A stretch of 64,000 nt of DNA from the NCBI GenBank assembly GCA_946541575.1, contig CAMNJQ010000051.1, positions 12,985-76,984 of the forward strand, read 5' to 3'. Of this stretch, positions 19,181 to 28,570 are shown one piece after another. Position 1 is the first letter of the stretch, and each line of letters begins with the position of its first letter. This stretch comes from an uncultured Clostridium sp. (lineage in GTDB: Bacteria; Bacillota_I; Bacilli_A; RF39; UBA660). The position numbers and the translations under genes are program-made. The notes below the pieces were generated by a model. That model made no database searches and had not been told where the DNA came from. It worked only from the letters and a program-made list of their open reading frames with translations.

Positions 19181-19819
19181 TTATAAAAAATTATTATATT
19201 TATCGTAAAAACTCTCTTGAGTTTTTATTGAACTTTTTCTTTTAATTTTTAATACAACTTTTATATGTTCTTTATCTTTGTCAAATTGAACAATATAGTT
19301 TCCGTCAGAGTCATATAAGAAATACAAGTATTTTTTATATGACTCTTCTGGCTCTAATTTATCTGCATAAAAAACAGATTCATCAAAATAGCCAGCTACT
19401 TCATCTAATTCCTGTTTTGAAGGACCATAAATAGTATAATCATAAATATTTAAAATATGTTCTTCATCGCTTTTATTTTTAATTGTTACTGGAACTTTAA
19501 CTACTAATTCATTAAAATAGTTTGAATACTTATTAGTAATTCTTTCAAAACTATAAGAACTGCTAAATACTATTTCTAAATCATCAAATTCAAATAATTC
19601 ATTTGTAGTAAAAGTATTATTTAATTCTTTTACATCGATTTTAGGAAGCGAATCAAAAAAGACAACTTTTTCATTCTTACTGAAGAAAAGTGAAATCATA
19701 ATTGCTTGTTCTATGATAAGCAAAAATATTATTATGCTAAGAATAATAAAGCATCTTTTATAATAAATATTATCATTTTTCTTCCTATTTTTCTTTTTTT
19801 TATTGCTTTTTTTATTCAT
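19181..19819 (-). CDS. N-terminally anchored extracytoplasmic protein, unknown function
   Basis: A highly basic N-terminus and one TM helix are followed by a beta-rich domain that is loosely DUF4352-like. This is one of only three minus-strand genes in the window. Confidence 0.5.
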   Translation of the reverse strand: MNKKSNKKKKNRKKNDNIYYKRCFIILSIIIFLLIIEQAIMISLFFSKNEKVVFFDSLPKIDVKELNNTFTTNELFEFDDLEIVFSSSYSFERITNKYSNYFNELVVKVPVTIKNKSDEEHILNIYDYTIYGPSKQELDEVAGYFDESVFYADKLEPEESYKKYLYFLYDSDGNYIVQFDKDKEHIKVVLKIKRKSSIKTQESFYDKYNNFL

Positions 19820-19922
19820 AGCAACACCTCGAGTGATACTATAACAAAAAAATTAAAAAAAATCTATTTTTTTTGGGAAAAAAGTCTATAAACATCTAAT
19901 AATTATATTGAGGAGGTGAATA

Positions 19923-22013
19923 ATGAAAAAATATGAATGTGTCTTACAAGATGGTCCAAAGGATTGTGGAATTTGCGCACTACTTACTATCATAAAAGCT
20001 CATGGTGGGTTAGTTTCAAAAGAATACCTAAGAAATCTAACCAATACGACTTCTAATGGTGTAAATGCTTTTCAATTACTAGAAGCTGGTAAGAAAATAG
20101 GTTTCTATACACAAGGGGTTAATGGTGATGTTTTAAAAATAGAAGATAAATATTTACCTTGTATTGCACATGTAATAATCGATAAAAAATATAAACATTT
20201 TGTTGTAATTCATAAAATAGATAGAAAAAATAATAATGTTATTATTGCTGATCCATCCAGAGGAATAATAAAGATAGATATTGATAAGTTTAAAAGTATT
20301 TCTACAAATAATTATTTATTTTTTATACCAAATAAAAATATCCCAATAATGAAAAGTAATAATTTAATAAAGAACAAAATAAATGAATTTATAAATAATA
20401 ATAAAAAAATACTTTTAACAATTCTTTTCTTTTCAATACTATATACAATTGCAAATATTGTATTATCATTTAATTTCCAATTTGTAATCGATAAGGCAGT
20501 ATCATTTTATTCAAAAGAAAATTTAGCGATTATAATAATGATTCTATTAATAATCTATCTATTAAAAATTATTTTAGAATTTTTTAGAGAAAGATTAATA
20601 AATTTTATAGGAAACAAAATTAGTTTTATATTAATTAACGATTCATTGAATCATATTTTATCACTTCCTATTTTGTACTTTAAGAATAGAACTACTGGTG
20701 AGGTTTTATCAAGAATTTCTGATTTGGATGAATTGAAGGAAATAATATGCTCTTTTGTTGTTACAGTTTTTGTTGATTTATTAATAACAGTATTTTCAAT
20801 AATAGTATTATTATGTATTTCTACAAAATTATCATTAATATTAATAATTGTAATTATATTTTATTCAGTTATAACAATAATATATAATAGGTTACTATAT
20901 AATAACATTAATGATATAAAAGAAAAAAATGCTTTAGTAAATTCAACTTTAATTGAAACAATAAATGGAGCAAATACTATTAAAGAGTTAAACATACTAG
21001 AATCATTTAAAGAAAACTTTTCAATTATCTATAACTCATATTTAAATACTAGTTATAAATTAAATGAGAGACTAAATAAAAAACAACTTATAGATAATAT
21101 TGTTTTCAGTATAATGTCATTACTGATACTAAAGTTTGGAGGAGAGTTAGTAATCAATAATGAACTAAAACTATCTAGTTTAATATCTTTTAATAGCATA
21201 GTGTTATATAATCTATCTTCGATAAAAAATTTATTAAATTTTGATATTTTAATAAAAAAGACAAAAATAATTATTGAAAGAATTAATGAATTACTAAATA
21301 TAAAAGAAGAAAAATTATATTTTGATCTTAATCCAATAAAGAATTTATGTGGTTCTATACGAATTAATGGATTATCGTATAAAATAAATGACATGACTAT
21401 TATCAATAACTTTAGTACAACAATAGAATTAGGTAAAAAAGTACTAATAACAGGTAGTTCTGGATGTGGAAAAAGTACTTTGGCTAAGATTCTATCAGGT
21501 TTTCTTGAGGTAAAAAGAAATAAAGTGTTTATTGGAAATAATGACATAAATGATTATAATTTATGGAATTTAAGAGAACAAATAACTTATGTTTCTCAAA
21601 ACGAATATTTATTTAATAGCTCTTTATACGAAAATATTAACTTAAAAAAAACACGTGATAAAAATAGAGTAATAGATATTTCTAAATGTATGTTGATTGA
21701 CGAAATTGCTTCTAAAAATAAAAGCGGATATGAAATGTTACTTGAAGAAAATGCAAGTAATATAAGTGGAGGAGAAAGGCAAAGAATAATACTTGCACGA
21801 ACATTTTTAAAAAATAGTAACATATACATTTTAGATGAAACATTTAGTGAAATAAACATTGACAAAGAAAGAACAATATTGAAAAATATTTTTGAAAAAT
21901 TTAAAGATAAAACGATAATAGTTATTTCTCATAGATATGATAATAATGATTTATATGATGAAATCTACAATATGGAGAATTATGGAAATAGAAACATTTC
22001 AAAAGAATATTAA
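19923..22013 (+). CDS. Bacteriocin-processing ABC exporter with N-terminal C39 peptidase domain
   Basis: The N-terminal motif QDGPKDCGICAL carries the C39 catalytic Cys. A six-helix TMD is followed by Walker A (GSSGCGKST), the signature ISGGERQR and Walker B (IYILDE). The SD is GAGGAGGTGA. Confidence 0.85.
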   Translation: MKKYECVLQDGPKDCGICALLTIIKAHGGLVSKEYLRNLTNTTSNGVNAFQLLEAGKKIGFYTQGVNGDVLKIEDKYLPCIAHVIIDKKYKHFVVIHKIDRKNNNVIIADPSRGIIKIDIDKFKSISTNNYLFFIPNKNIPIMKSNNLIKNKINEFINNNKKILLTILFFSILYTIANIVLSFNFQFVIDKAVSFYSKENLAIIIMILLIIYLLKIILEFFRERLINFIGNKISFILINDSLNHILSLPILYFKNRTTGEVLSRISDLDELKEIICSFVVTVFVDLLITVFSIIVLLCISTKLSLILIIVIIFYSVITIIYNRLLYNNINDIKEKNALVNSTLIETINGANTIKELNILESFKENFSIIYNSYLNTSYKLNERLNKKQLIDNIVFSIMSLLILKFGGELVINNELKLSSLISFNSIVLYNLSSIKNLLNFDILIKKTKIIIERINELLNIKEEKLYFDLNPIKNLCGSIRINGLSYKINDMTIINNFSTTIELGKKVLITGSSGCGKSTLAKILSGFLEVKRNKVFIGNNDINDYNLWNLREQITYVSQNEYLFNSSLYENINLKKTRDKNRVIDISKCMLIDEIASKNKSGYEMLLEENASNISGGERQRIILARTFLKNSNIYILDETFSEINIDKERTILKNIFEKFKDKTIIVISHRYDNNDLYDEIYNMENYGNRNISKEY

Positions 22014-22407
22014 AAACATTGATATAGATTTAAAACCGTATTTAATAGTGGTTGCTATTCTTTTAAGTACATTATTTTTATTTGTATTATTTAATAAAGG
22101 CTTTTCTGATTATTTTCTAGTAACTTCAAAAGTTAAAAATAATAAAGTTATTATAGTTGTTGAAGATGAAAAATTGGAAAAAATTGTTAATAGTCAAAAT
22201 TTGATTATAGGAAAGGATACATTTACTTACAAAGTTGAAGAAATCAACGATTATATATACGAAAATATTTTGCTCAAAGAAGTAACAATCGAAATAAAAG
22301 ACTTAAATGAGGACAAAAAAATTGAAAATAACATATTAAAGCTAAAAATAATTACAGGTAAAACAAATATTTTAAATTATTTAATAAAACTAATTAAGGG
22401 GGAATGA
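21982..22407 (+). CDS. Small membrane-anchored accessory protein of the bacteriocin exporter (truncated HlyD-like?)
   Basis: The start MEIETF.. at 21982 has a GGAG upstream and overlaps the exporter 3' end. One TM helix is present. The C-terminus GKTNILNYLIKLI resembles the C-terminal end of HlyD/ComB-type accessory proteins. Confidence 0.45.
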   Translation: MEIETFQKNIKNIDIDLKPYLIVVAILLSTLFLFVLFNKGFSDYFLVTSKVKNNKVIIVVEDEKLEKIVNSQNLIIGKDTFTYKVEEINDYIYENILLKEVTIEIKDLNEDKKIENNILKLKIITGKTNILNYLIKLIKGE

Positions 22408-22410
22408 ATT

Positions 22411-22554
22411 ATTAAAGAAATAGGAAAAGAACAACTAGAAAATATAAATGGAGGAGGACTTTCACTTTTAGGAATTGCAGGAATCGTTTCAGGAGCAGTA
22501 TTTTTAATAGGAGTATTTGATGGTTATGTAAGACCATTGAAATGTAACGAATAG
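22411..22554 (+). CDS. Double-glycine-leader bacteriocin precursor A (not in ORF track)
   Basis: The translation is (I)KEIGKEQLENINGG followed by GLSLLGIAGIVSGAVFLIGVFDGYVRPLKCNE. The leader is a classic LExIxGG type and the mature peptide is GxxxG-rich. No ATG, GTG or TTG is available in frame. An ATT at 22411 lies 7 nt after AAGGGGGA. Confidence 0.55.
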   Translation: MKEIGKEQLENINGGGLSLLGIAGIVSGAVFLIGVFDGYVRPLKCNE

Positions 22555-22556
22555 AT

Positions 22557-22724
22557 ATGGAGCATTTAAATAGAAATCAACTTTTAGATATAGATGGTGG
22601 CTTTTCTCTTTCTGGAACAATAATTAATGCATTTTCTAATGGAATTAAAACAATACTTGAAGTTGGAAGAAGCTTAGGAACAGCATTAAGAAGAACGAAA
22701 GAGGATAAAATGTGCAGTCTATAG
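22557..22724 (+). CDS. Double-glycine-leader bacteriocin precursor B (not in ORF track)
   Basis: The translation is MEHLNRNQLLDIDGG followed by FSLSGTIINAFSNGIKTILEVGRSLGTALRRTKEDKMCSL. The ATG lies 2 nt after the stop of peptide A, which suggests translational coupling. Confidence 0.65.
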   Translation: MEHLNRNQLLDIDGGFSLSGTIINAFSNGIKTILEVGRSLGTALRRTKEDKMCSL

Positions 22725-22755
22725 GTAAAAAAATATTAAAAAACAAAAAAATAAT

Positions 22756-22920
22756 AATGCAAATAATATCTGCTCCCATAGCCATTTATATAGCTAATAT
22801 ATTAATAATTACTTTATTTCGATTAGGTAATTATTTAGGAACATTTTTAAGAAATTTATATTATATTGTAGTTTGTTTGAAATAGTACCATTTAAAATGG
22901 TACTATTTTTAATGATATAG
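22756..22920 (+). CDS. Possible bacteriocin immunity peptide (small hydrophobic ORF, not in ORF track)
   Basis: The translation is MQIISAPIAIYIANILIITLFRLGNYLGTFLRNLYLYCSLFEIVPFKMVLFLMI. It occupies the position typical for an immunity gene. It has no good SD and its 3' end overlaps the terminator hairpin, so support is weak. Confidence 0.3.
22884..22910 (+). terminator. Rho-independent terminator of the bacteriocin locus
   Basis: Near-perfect palindrome AGTACCATTT/AAATGGTACT followed by ATTTTT. Confidence 0.6.
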
Positions 22921-22996
22921 ACAATAATAAATCGTTATTAAATCTTGTTTTTCTTTTTTTATACTAGTATAATTATCTTATGATAGTAGGTGTGAT

Positions 22997-24235
22997 ATGA
23001 GAAATATTTATACAGGTATTGATCTTGGTAGTGATAGAATTAAAATTGTAGTAGCTGAACTAATTAAAGATAAATTTCAAGTGTTAGCATCAACTAGCGT
23101 TAAGTCTTCAGGAATAAAAAAGGGGCTAGTTGTAGACAACGAAGTAGCTCTAATGTCTTTAAATAAGGCTATAGACGAGATTGAAAAAATATTAGGCATA
23201 AGAATTGATAAAGCAATAGTAACTGTTCCAGCTAACAATAGAAGCATTAAAGTGGTTTCTGGAACAATTGACACAAATGGTGCAATAAATGGTAAGGATA
23301 TTGTTTCTGTTTTGCAAACATCTGCTGAAGGACAAATTGAAGATAACAATGAATTAGTGTCAATAATTCCAATAATGTTCACTACAGATGAAAATAAATA
23401 TACGAAAGACCCAATTGGTATAACTGCTGATAAACTATCTGTCAAAGCACTTCTAGCAACAGCACCAAAAAAGCAGATATATGATTATTTAAAAGTTTTT
23501 AATGATGCAAATATAGATGTTATAGATATAACATTTAATTGTATTGGGGATTATTACGAAGCACACGATAAAGATACTGATGAATCTATTGGAGCAATAG
23601 TTAATATTGGACATGAAAAAACGGATGTTTCAATATTTAATAAAGGTATTTTAATAAAAAATAATATATTTAATTTAGGAAGTAAAAACATAGATAATGA
23701 CATAACATATATTTTTGGAACTGATGCGAATACGTCTAGAGAATTAAAGGAAAAATTTGGACAGGCTAATAAAAAAATAGCAGATGTTAATGAAGTGTTA
23801 GAATTTGAGCTAGACAATGGAGAAAAGAAGTCAATCAATCAATTCGAGATTACAGAAGTTATTGAAGCAAGAATTATGGAGCTATTAAATCTTGCTAAAA
23901 AAGAAATTAATGACTTAACAAAAAGAAAAATTAGTTATATAATTGTAACAGGTGGTATTTCGGAGTTAATGGGATTTAACTACGACGTAGAAAGTGTTTT
24001 TGGACTTGAAGCAAAAGTATTAAACATTACAAGTATGGGAATTAGAAATAATATGTTCTCTAGTTCTATCGGAATAATAAAATATTTTCATGAAAAAATG
24101 CAATTGAGACAAAAAGAAATATCATTAATAGATAAAACTAAAATAAATGAGATTGAGCAAGGGAAACATAGTATGCTTGACTTTTCTGAAGATACATTTA
24201 TTAGTAAAATATTTGGATATTTTACTGATAACTAA
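22997..24235 (+). CDS. ftsA: Cell division protein FtsA
   Basis: Has an actin-fold N-terminus (IYTGIDLGSDRIKIVVAE). The length is 412 aa, it lies directly upstream of ftsZ, and the C-terminus is amphipathic. Confidence 0.9.
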   Translation: MRNIYTGIDLGSDRIKIVVAELIKDKFQVLASTSVKSSGIKKGLVVDNEVALMSLNKAIDEIEKILGIRIDKAIVTVPANNRSIKVVSGTIDTNGAINGKDIVSVLQTSAEGQIEDNNELVSIIPIMFTTDENKYTKDPIGITADKLSVKALLATAPKKQIYDYLKVFNDANIDVIDITFNCIGDYYEAHDKDTDESIGAIVNIGHEKTDVSIFNKGILIKNNIFNLGSKNIDNDITYIFGTDANTSRELKEKFGQANKKIADVNEVLEFELDNGEKKSINQFEITEVIEARIMELLNLAKKEINDLTKRKISYIIVTGGISELMGFNYDVESVFGLEAKVLNITSMGIRNNMFSSSIGIIKYFHEKMQLRQKEISLIDKTKINEIEQGKHSMLDFSEDTFISKIFGYFTDN

Positions 24236-24247
24236 GGAGGGATATAG

Positions 24248-25384
24248 ATGTTTGGTGGATTAGAAATGGACCAACTAGCCAAAATTAAAGTTATTGGTAT
24301 AGGTGGCGGCGGTGGAAATGCCATTAATAGCATGGTTGACACAGGAGTAAAAGGCGTAGAATTTATTGCTGCAAACACAGATTTGCAGGTTTTGAATACA
24401 TCAAAAGCAGATGTTAAGATTCAACTTGGTAAGACTGGATTAGGAGCAGGTGCTAAGCCTGAAATAGGAAAAGAAGCCGCAGTAGAAGCAAAAAAAGAAA
24501 TAGAAGATGCATTAAAAGGTGCAGACATGGTTTTTATCACTTGTGGAATGGGTGGAGGAACCGGTTCTGGAGCTGCTCCAATAGTTGCTGAAATAGCTCA
24601 AGGTTTAGGTGCTCTTACGGTTGCAATTGTAACAAAACCATTCACTTTTGAAGGAAGAAAAAGAATGGAAAATGCATTAGTAGCAATTGATGAACTAAAA
24701 AAACATGTTGATACTTTAATTGTTATTCCAAATGATAGATTAAGAGAAATAATAGATAAAACAACTCCAATGTTAGAAGCATTTAAAGAAGTTGATAATG
24801 TGTTACGTAGAGGAGTACAATCAATAACTGATTTGATTGCAGTTGTAGGACTTGTTAACCTTGACTTTGCAGATGTTAAGGCAGTTATGGAAAAATCTGG
24901 AAATGCAATAATAGGAATTGGTATTGGTATGGGTGAAGAACGTGCTATTGAAGCTGCTAAACAAGCAGTATCATCTCCACTTCTTGAAACTTCTATTTCT
25001 GGAGCAACAGATGCTATTATAAATATAACAGGTGGAATGAATTTAACTTTGTTTGAAGCTGAGCAAGCAGCAGAAGTAGTAAGAGCAGCATCTAATACTG
25101 ATATAAATACTATTTTTGGTTCAGTAATAAATGAAAATTTAACTGATGAAGTAATAGTAACAGTTATTGCTACTGGTTTTGATAAAAATAAAGAACAAGA
25201 GCAACCACAACCACAGCACAAACAAACTATAGCCCAAGCTAATCCTACAGTACAACCAATTAGAAGAACAAGAAGTGAATCATTAGTTCAAGAACCACAA
25301 AAAATAGAAAAATTGTCTGATGATGACAATGATGGTGATGATAGTAAATATGATATTCCATCATTCTTAAGGCCAAATTATTAG
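24248..25384 (+). CDS. ftsZ: Cell division GTPase FtsZ
   Basis: Has [11 protein letters not shown] and the tubulin signature [12 protein letters not shown]. The C-terminal peptide DIPSFLR is conserved. The SD is AAGGAGGG. Confidence 0.97.
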   Translation: MFGGLEMDQLAKIKVIGIGGGGGNAINSMVDTGVKGVEFIAANTDLQVLNTSKADVKIQLGKTGLGAGAKPEIGKEAAVEAKKEIEDALKGADMVFITCGMGGGTGSGAAPIVAEIAQGLGALTVAIVTKPFTFEGRKRMENALVAIDELKKHVDTLIVIPNDRLREIIDKTTPMLEAFKEVDNVLRRGVQSITDLIAVVGLVNLDFADVKAVMEKSGNAIIGIGIGMGEERAIEAAKQAVSSPLLETSISGATDAIINITGGMNLTLFEAEQAAEVVRAASNTDINTIFGSVINENLTDEVIVTVIATGFDKNKEQEQPQPQHKQTIAQANPTVQPIRRTRSESLVQEPQKIEKLSDDDNDGDDSKYDIPSFLRPNY

Positions 25385-25407
25385 AAATCGAAAGATTTCT
25401 TTTTTTA
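25383..25407 (+). terminator. Rho-independent terminator after ftsZ
   Basis: AGAAATC-GAAA-GATTTCT hairpin followed by T7. Confidence 0.6.
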
Positions 25408-25437
25408 TTTGTATTTATGTAAAAAAAAGATTAATTG

Positions 25438-25446
25438 TGTTATAAT
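25438..25446 (+). promoter_or_regulatory. Extended -10 promoter (TGtTATAAT) for ftsK
   Basis: The 12-mer TTGTGTTATAAT is identical to the one upstream of dnaE. It lies 25 nt before the ATG at 25471. Confidence 0.5.
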
Positions 25447-25470
25447 CAATATGTAGACTGGAGTGATAAA

Positions 25471-27777
25471 ATGGCAAAAAGAAAGAAAAGAAGAAAAAAG
25501 GATAATGAAAAATCACTTGAATTAAGACCAGAAGTATATGGTGTAATATTAATATTACTTTCAATACTTTCTTTTGGTGCTGGTAAACCACTAGGCTTTA
25601 TTGGAAAAATGGCAAGATGCTTTGCGGTTTTTCTATTTGGTTCATTTGATTGGTTATTTATAGCAACAATATTTTTTATTGGAGTATTTTTACTATTTAA
25701 AGGAAGTGCACCATCATTTTGGTCAAAAAAATTTATTGGATTATTATTCGTTGCAATAGGATTATTAGTATTTGCACATATTAAATATATAACTAATATA
25801 GAAGGAGGAGTTAGCGCAATTTATGACACTTCTATAAAAGATTTAACAGAAACATTTGAATTAATAAAAAGTGGTGCTAATTTTACTCCTCCAGGTGGTG
25901 GAATAATTGGCTGTAGTATTGCTGTAGCATTTAATATGCTATTCGCTATTACAGGGACAAAAATAGTATCAGTTTTATTTATAGTAGTTGGTACTTGCTT
26001 CTTTACTGGATTTTCAATTAGAGAATTTTTTGATACTGCAACAGAAAAAGGTAAAAATTTAATTTCTAAAGAAAAGAAAGAACACAAAGAAAATGAAGAA
26101 GAAAAACAAGAGGATGATGAATCTGTTGTAATTATAAATGATACAAACGAGCCTAAAGAACAAAAAACAGAGGAACCAAAATTAGTAATATCAAGTATAG
26201 ATGAATTAAAGAAAATGGATAAAGAAGTAAAAGAAGAAAATATTGAAAGTCTTTTAACAGATGAGTATGTGGATGAACAAAAAAATGAAGATTATGTAAA
26301 ACCTTCAAATTATAAACTACCAACATTATCTCTTCTTAAAGATGTTGATAAAAAGAAAAATGGTAATAATCAAGCAGTTATAGAAAAGAATATAAACATC
26401 ATTGAGAAAACACTTAGAGATTTTGGAATAATAGGAAAAGTTGTAGAAGTAAATTCAGGACCGGCTGTTACTCAATATGAAATGGAGCTACAAACAGGTA
26501 CTAAGTTAAGCAAATTATTAAGTATTAATAAAGAAATATCTTTGTCTTTAGCGAAAAAAGATGTAAGAATTGAAGCACCAATTCCAGGAAAAAGTACAGT
26601 AGGTATTGAAGTTCCAAATGAAACAGTATCTCCTGTTTCCTTAAAAGAAATACTTGAAAATGTACCACAAAATAAAGTAAATAGTAAATTATTAGTAGCA
26701 CTTGGAAAAAATATAATGGGTAAAGCAAAATTTGCTGAAATAGACAAAACTCCACATTTACTTGTAGCAGGATCAACAGGTTCAGGAAAATCTGTTTGTA
26801 TAAATTGTATAATTGCTTCTATTTTGATGAGATGCAAACCAGATGAAGTAAAACTAGTTTTAGTAGACCCTAAAAAAGTAGAATTATCTATGTATAATGG
26901 TATTCCACATCTTTTAATGCCAGTTGTAACAGATGCTAAAAAAGCTAATGTAGCATTACAAAAAATGGTTGATGAAATGGAAAGAAGATATGACGAGCTA
27001 GAAGAAAAAAATGTAAGAAATATAGCAAGTTATAATGAATGGGTTGATAAAGAAAATGCAGTTAGAAGTGATGAGGATAAAATTAAGAAAATGCCTTACA
27101 TCGTAGTTATTGTAGATGAGTTAGCTGACTTGATGATGGTTGCAGGTAAAGAAGTTGAAGACTCAATTATGAGAATAACTCAAAAAGCACGTGCTGCAGG
27201 AATTCATTTAATTGTTGCTACTCAAAGACCATCAACTGATGTTATTACTGGAGTTGTAAAAGCAAATATTCCATCGCGTATATCATTTGCAGTTTCAAGT
27301 GGAATTGACTCACGTACAATTTTAGATGCTGTAGGAGCAGAAAAACTTTTAGGAAAAGGTGACATGCTATTCTTACCAATGGGAGAATCATCACCAGAAA
27401 GAATTCAAGGAGCTTATGTATCTGATGCGGAACTAGAAGCATTAGTAGACTATACCGTAAAACAACAAAAAGCTCAATATGAAGAAAAATACATGAATCT
27501 TGAATCTGCAAAAGAGCAAGGAAATGCTGGAGGGGAAGTACATTCTCCAAATGAGGAATATGATGATCCGTTATATGATGAAATAGTAACATATGTAATA
27601 GAAAGCCAAAAAGCTAGCGCATCTTTATTACAGAGAAGATTTAAGCTAGGATATAATAGAGCTGCAAGAATTATTGATCTATTAGAAGAAAGAGGAATAA
27701 TTGGAGCTCAGAATGGTTCTAAACCGAGAGAAGTATTAGTTAAATTAGATGGAACTAACGAAGATGAAAATGTGTAA
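25471..27777 (+). CDS. ftsK: DNA translocase FtsK/SpoIIIE
   Basis: The N-terminus has 4-5 TM helices followed by an acidic linker. The motor domain has Walker A (GSTGSGKS) and Walker B (VVIVDELADL). A C-terminal gamma winged-helix is present (LLQRRFKLGYNRAARIIDLLEERGI). The start is at MAKRKK.. with a GGAG SD. The upstream MCYN.. extension in the ORF track is promoter sequence. Confidence 0.93.
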   Translation: MAKRKKRRKKDNEKSLELRPEVYGVILILLSILSFGAGKPLGFIGKMARCFAVFLFGSFDWLFIATIFFIGVFLLFKGSAPSFWSKKFIGLLFVAIGLLVFAHIKYITNIEGGVSAIYDTSIKDLTETFELIKSGANFTPPGGGIIGCSIAVAFNMLFAITGTKIVSVLFIVVGTCFFTGFSIREFFDTATEKGKNLISKEKKEHKENEEEKQEDDESVVIINDTNEPKEQKTEEPKLVISSIDELKKMDKEVKEENIESLLTDEYVDEQKNEDYVKPSNYKLPTLSLLKDVDKKKNGNNQAVIEKNINIIEKTLRDFGIIGKVVEVNSGPAVTQYEMELQTGTKLSKLLSINKEISLSLAKKDVRIEAPIPGKSTVGIEVPNETVSPVSLKEILENVPQNKVNSKLLVALGKNIMGKAKFAEIDKTPHLLVAGSTGSGKSVCINCIIASILMRCKPDEVKLVLVDPKKVELSMYNGIPHLLMPVVTDAKKANVALQKMVDEMERRYDELEEKNVRNIASYNEWVDKENAVRSDEDKIKKMPYIVVIVDELADLMMVAGKEVEDSIMRITQKARAAGIHLIVATQRPSTDVITGVVKANIPSRISFAVSSGIDSRTILDAVGAEKLLGKGDMLFLPMGESSPERIQGAYVSDAELEALVDYTVKQQKAQYEEKYMNLESAKEQGNAGGEVHSPNEEYDDPLYDEIVTYVIESQKASASLLQRRFKLGYNRAARIIDLLEERGIIGAQNGSKPREVLVKLDGTNEDENV

Positions 27778-27780
27778 AAT

Positions 27781-27803
27781 GGCTAAATTATTTAGCCTTT
27801 TTT
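27781..27803 (+). terminator. Rho-independent terminator after ftsK
   Basis: GGCTAAA-TTA-TTTAGCC hairpin followed by T6. Confidence 0.6.
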
Positions 27804-27820
27804 GACAAAAGGAGGTTTAT

Positions 27821-28531
27821 ATGTCAACACCACATATCGAATCAAAAAAAGATGATATTGCAAAAGTAGTTTTAATGCCAGGAGATCCATTACGTGCAAA
27901 GTTTATTGCTGAACATTTCTTAGATAATTATAAATTAGTAAATTCAGTAAGAAATATGTATGGATATACTGGGTATTACAAAGACCACAAAGTTACAGTT
28001 TTTGCATCAGGAATGGGAATGCCTAGCGTAGGTATTTATTCGTATGAGTTATTTAAATTCTATGATGTCGATACGATTATTAGAATTGGATCAGCAGGAG
28101 CTTATACAGACAAATTAAATCTATATGATGTCTTTTTAGTTGAAGAATCATATTCAGAATCATCCTATGCAAAAACTCAAAATGGAGAAAATAGTAATAT
28201 TTTATTTCCAAGTAAAAAGGTTAATGATAAAATAGAAACAATTGCTAATGAATTATCTATCCCTATAAAAAAAGGAATAGTACATAGTAGTGATGTCTTT
28301 TATAAAGAAAATGATAATTTTAAAGAATTATACGAAAAGCATAATTGTCAAGCAGTAGAAATGGAGACTTTTGCATTGTTTCATAATGCAAAAGTATTAA
28401 ATAAAAATGCAAGCGCTTTAGTGACTATTTCAGATAGTTTAGTTACAAATGAAAAGACTACTAGTGAAGAAAGAGAAAAAAACTTTACAGAAATGGTTAA
28501 ATTAGCTCTAGACACTGCTATACAATTATAA
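27821..28531 (+). CDS. deoD: Purine nucleoside phosphorylase, DeoD type
   Basis: Has TPHIESKKDDIAKVVLMPGDPLRAKFIAE, SGMGMPS and the EMET motif. The length is 236 aa. Confidence 0.88.
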   Translation: MSTPHIESKKDDIAKVVLMPGDPLRAKFIAEHFLDNYKLVNSVRNMYGYTGYYKDHKVTVFASGMGMPSVGIYSYELFKFYDVDTIIRIGSAGAYTDKLNLYDVFLVEESYSESSYAKTQNGENSNILFPSKKVNDKIETIANELSIPIKKGIVHSSDVFYKENDNFKELYEKHNCQAVEMETFALFHNAKVLNKNASALVTISDSLVTNEKTTSEEREKNFTEMVKLALDTAIQL

Positions 28532-28570
28532 AAGTTAAGAAAAAGACCATAATAATATAGAGGTGATAAA

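Noticed and set aside
22405-22407. Possibility that TGA encodes Trp (Mollicutes-type code 4), which would fuse the accessory protein to bacteriocin peptide A.
   Set aside because: TGA works as a genuine stop elsewhere. For example, the dnaG stop at 48791-48793 lies just before the rpoD SD and ATG. TGG is used abundantly for Trp in conserved positions. Read-through would create implausible fusions.
24598-25221. Long antisense ORFs inside well-supported genes. The main examples are 24598-25221 opposite ftsZ, 61101-61553 opposite the ArsC-family gene, 46895-47182 opposite the dnaG start, 21053-21547 opposite the bacteriocin exporter and 30534-30941 opposite the M16 gene. All the other minus-strand track entries of 60-165 aa inside plus-strand genes belong here too.
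   Set aside because: Each lies fully within a plus-strand gene that has clear conserved motifs. They have no SD, and their composition is low-complexity (Ile/Phe/Ser/Leu-rich), as expected from antisense reading of AT-rich coding DNA.
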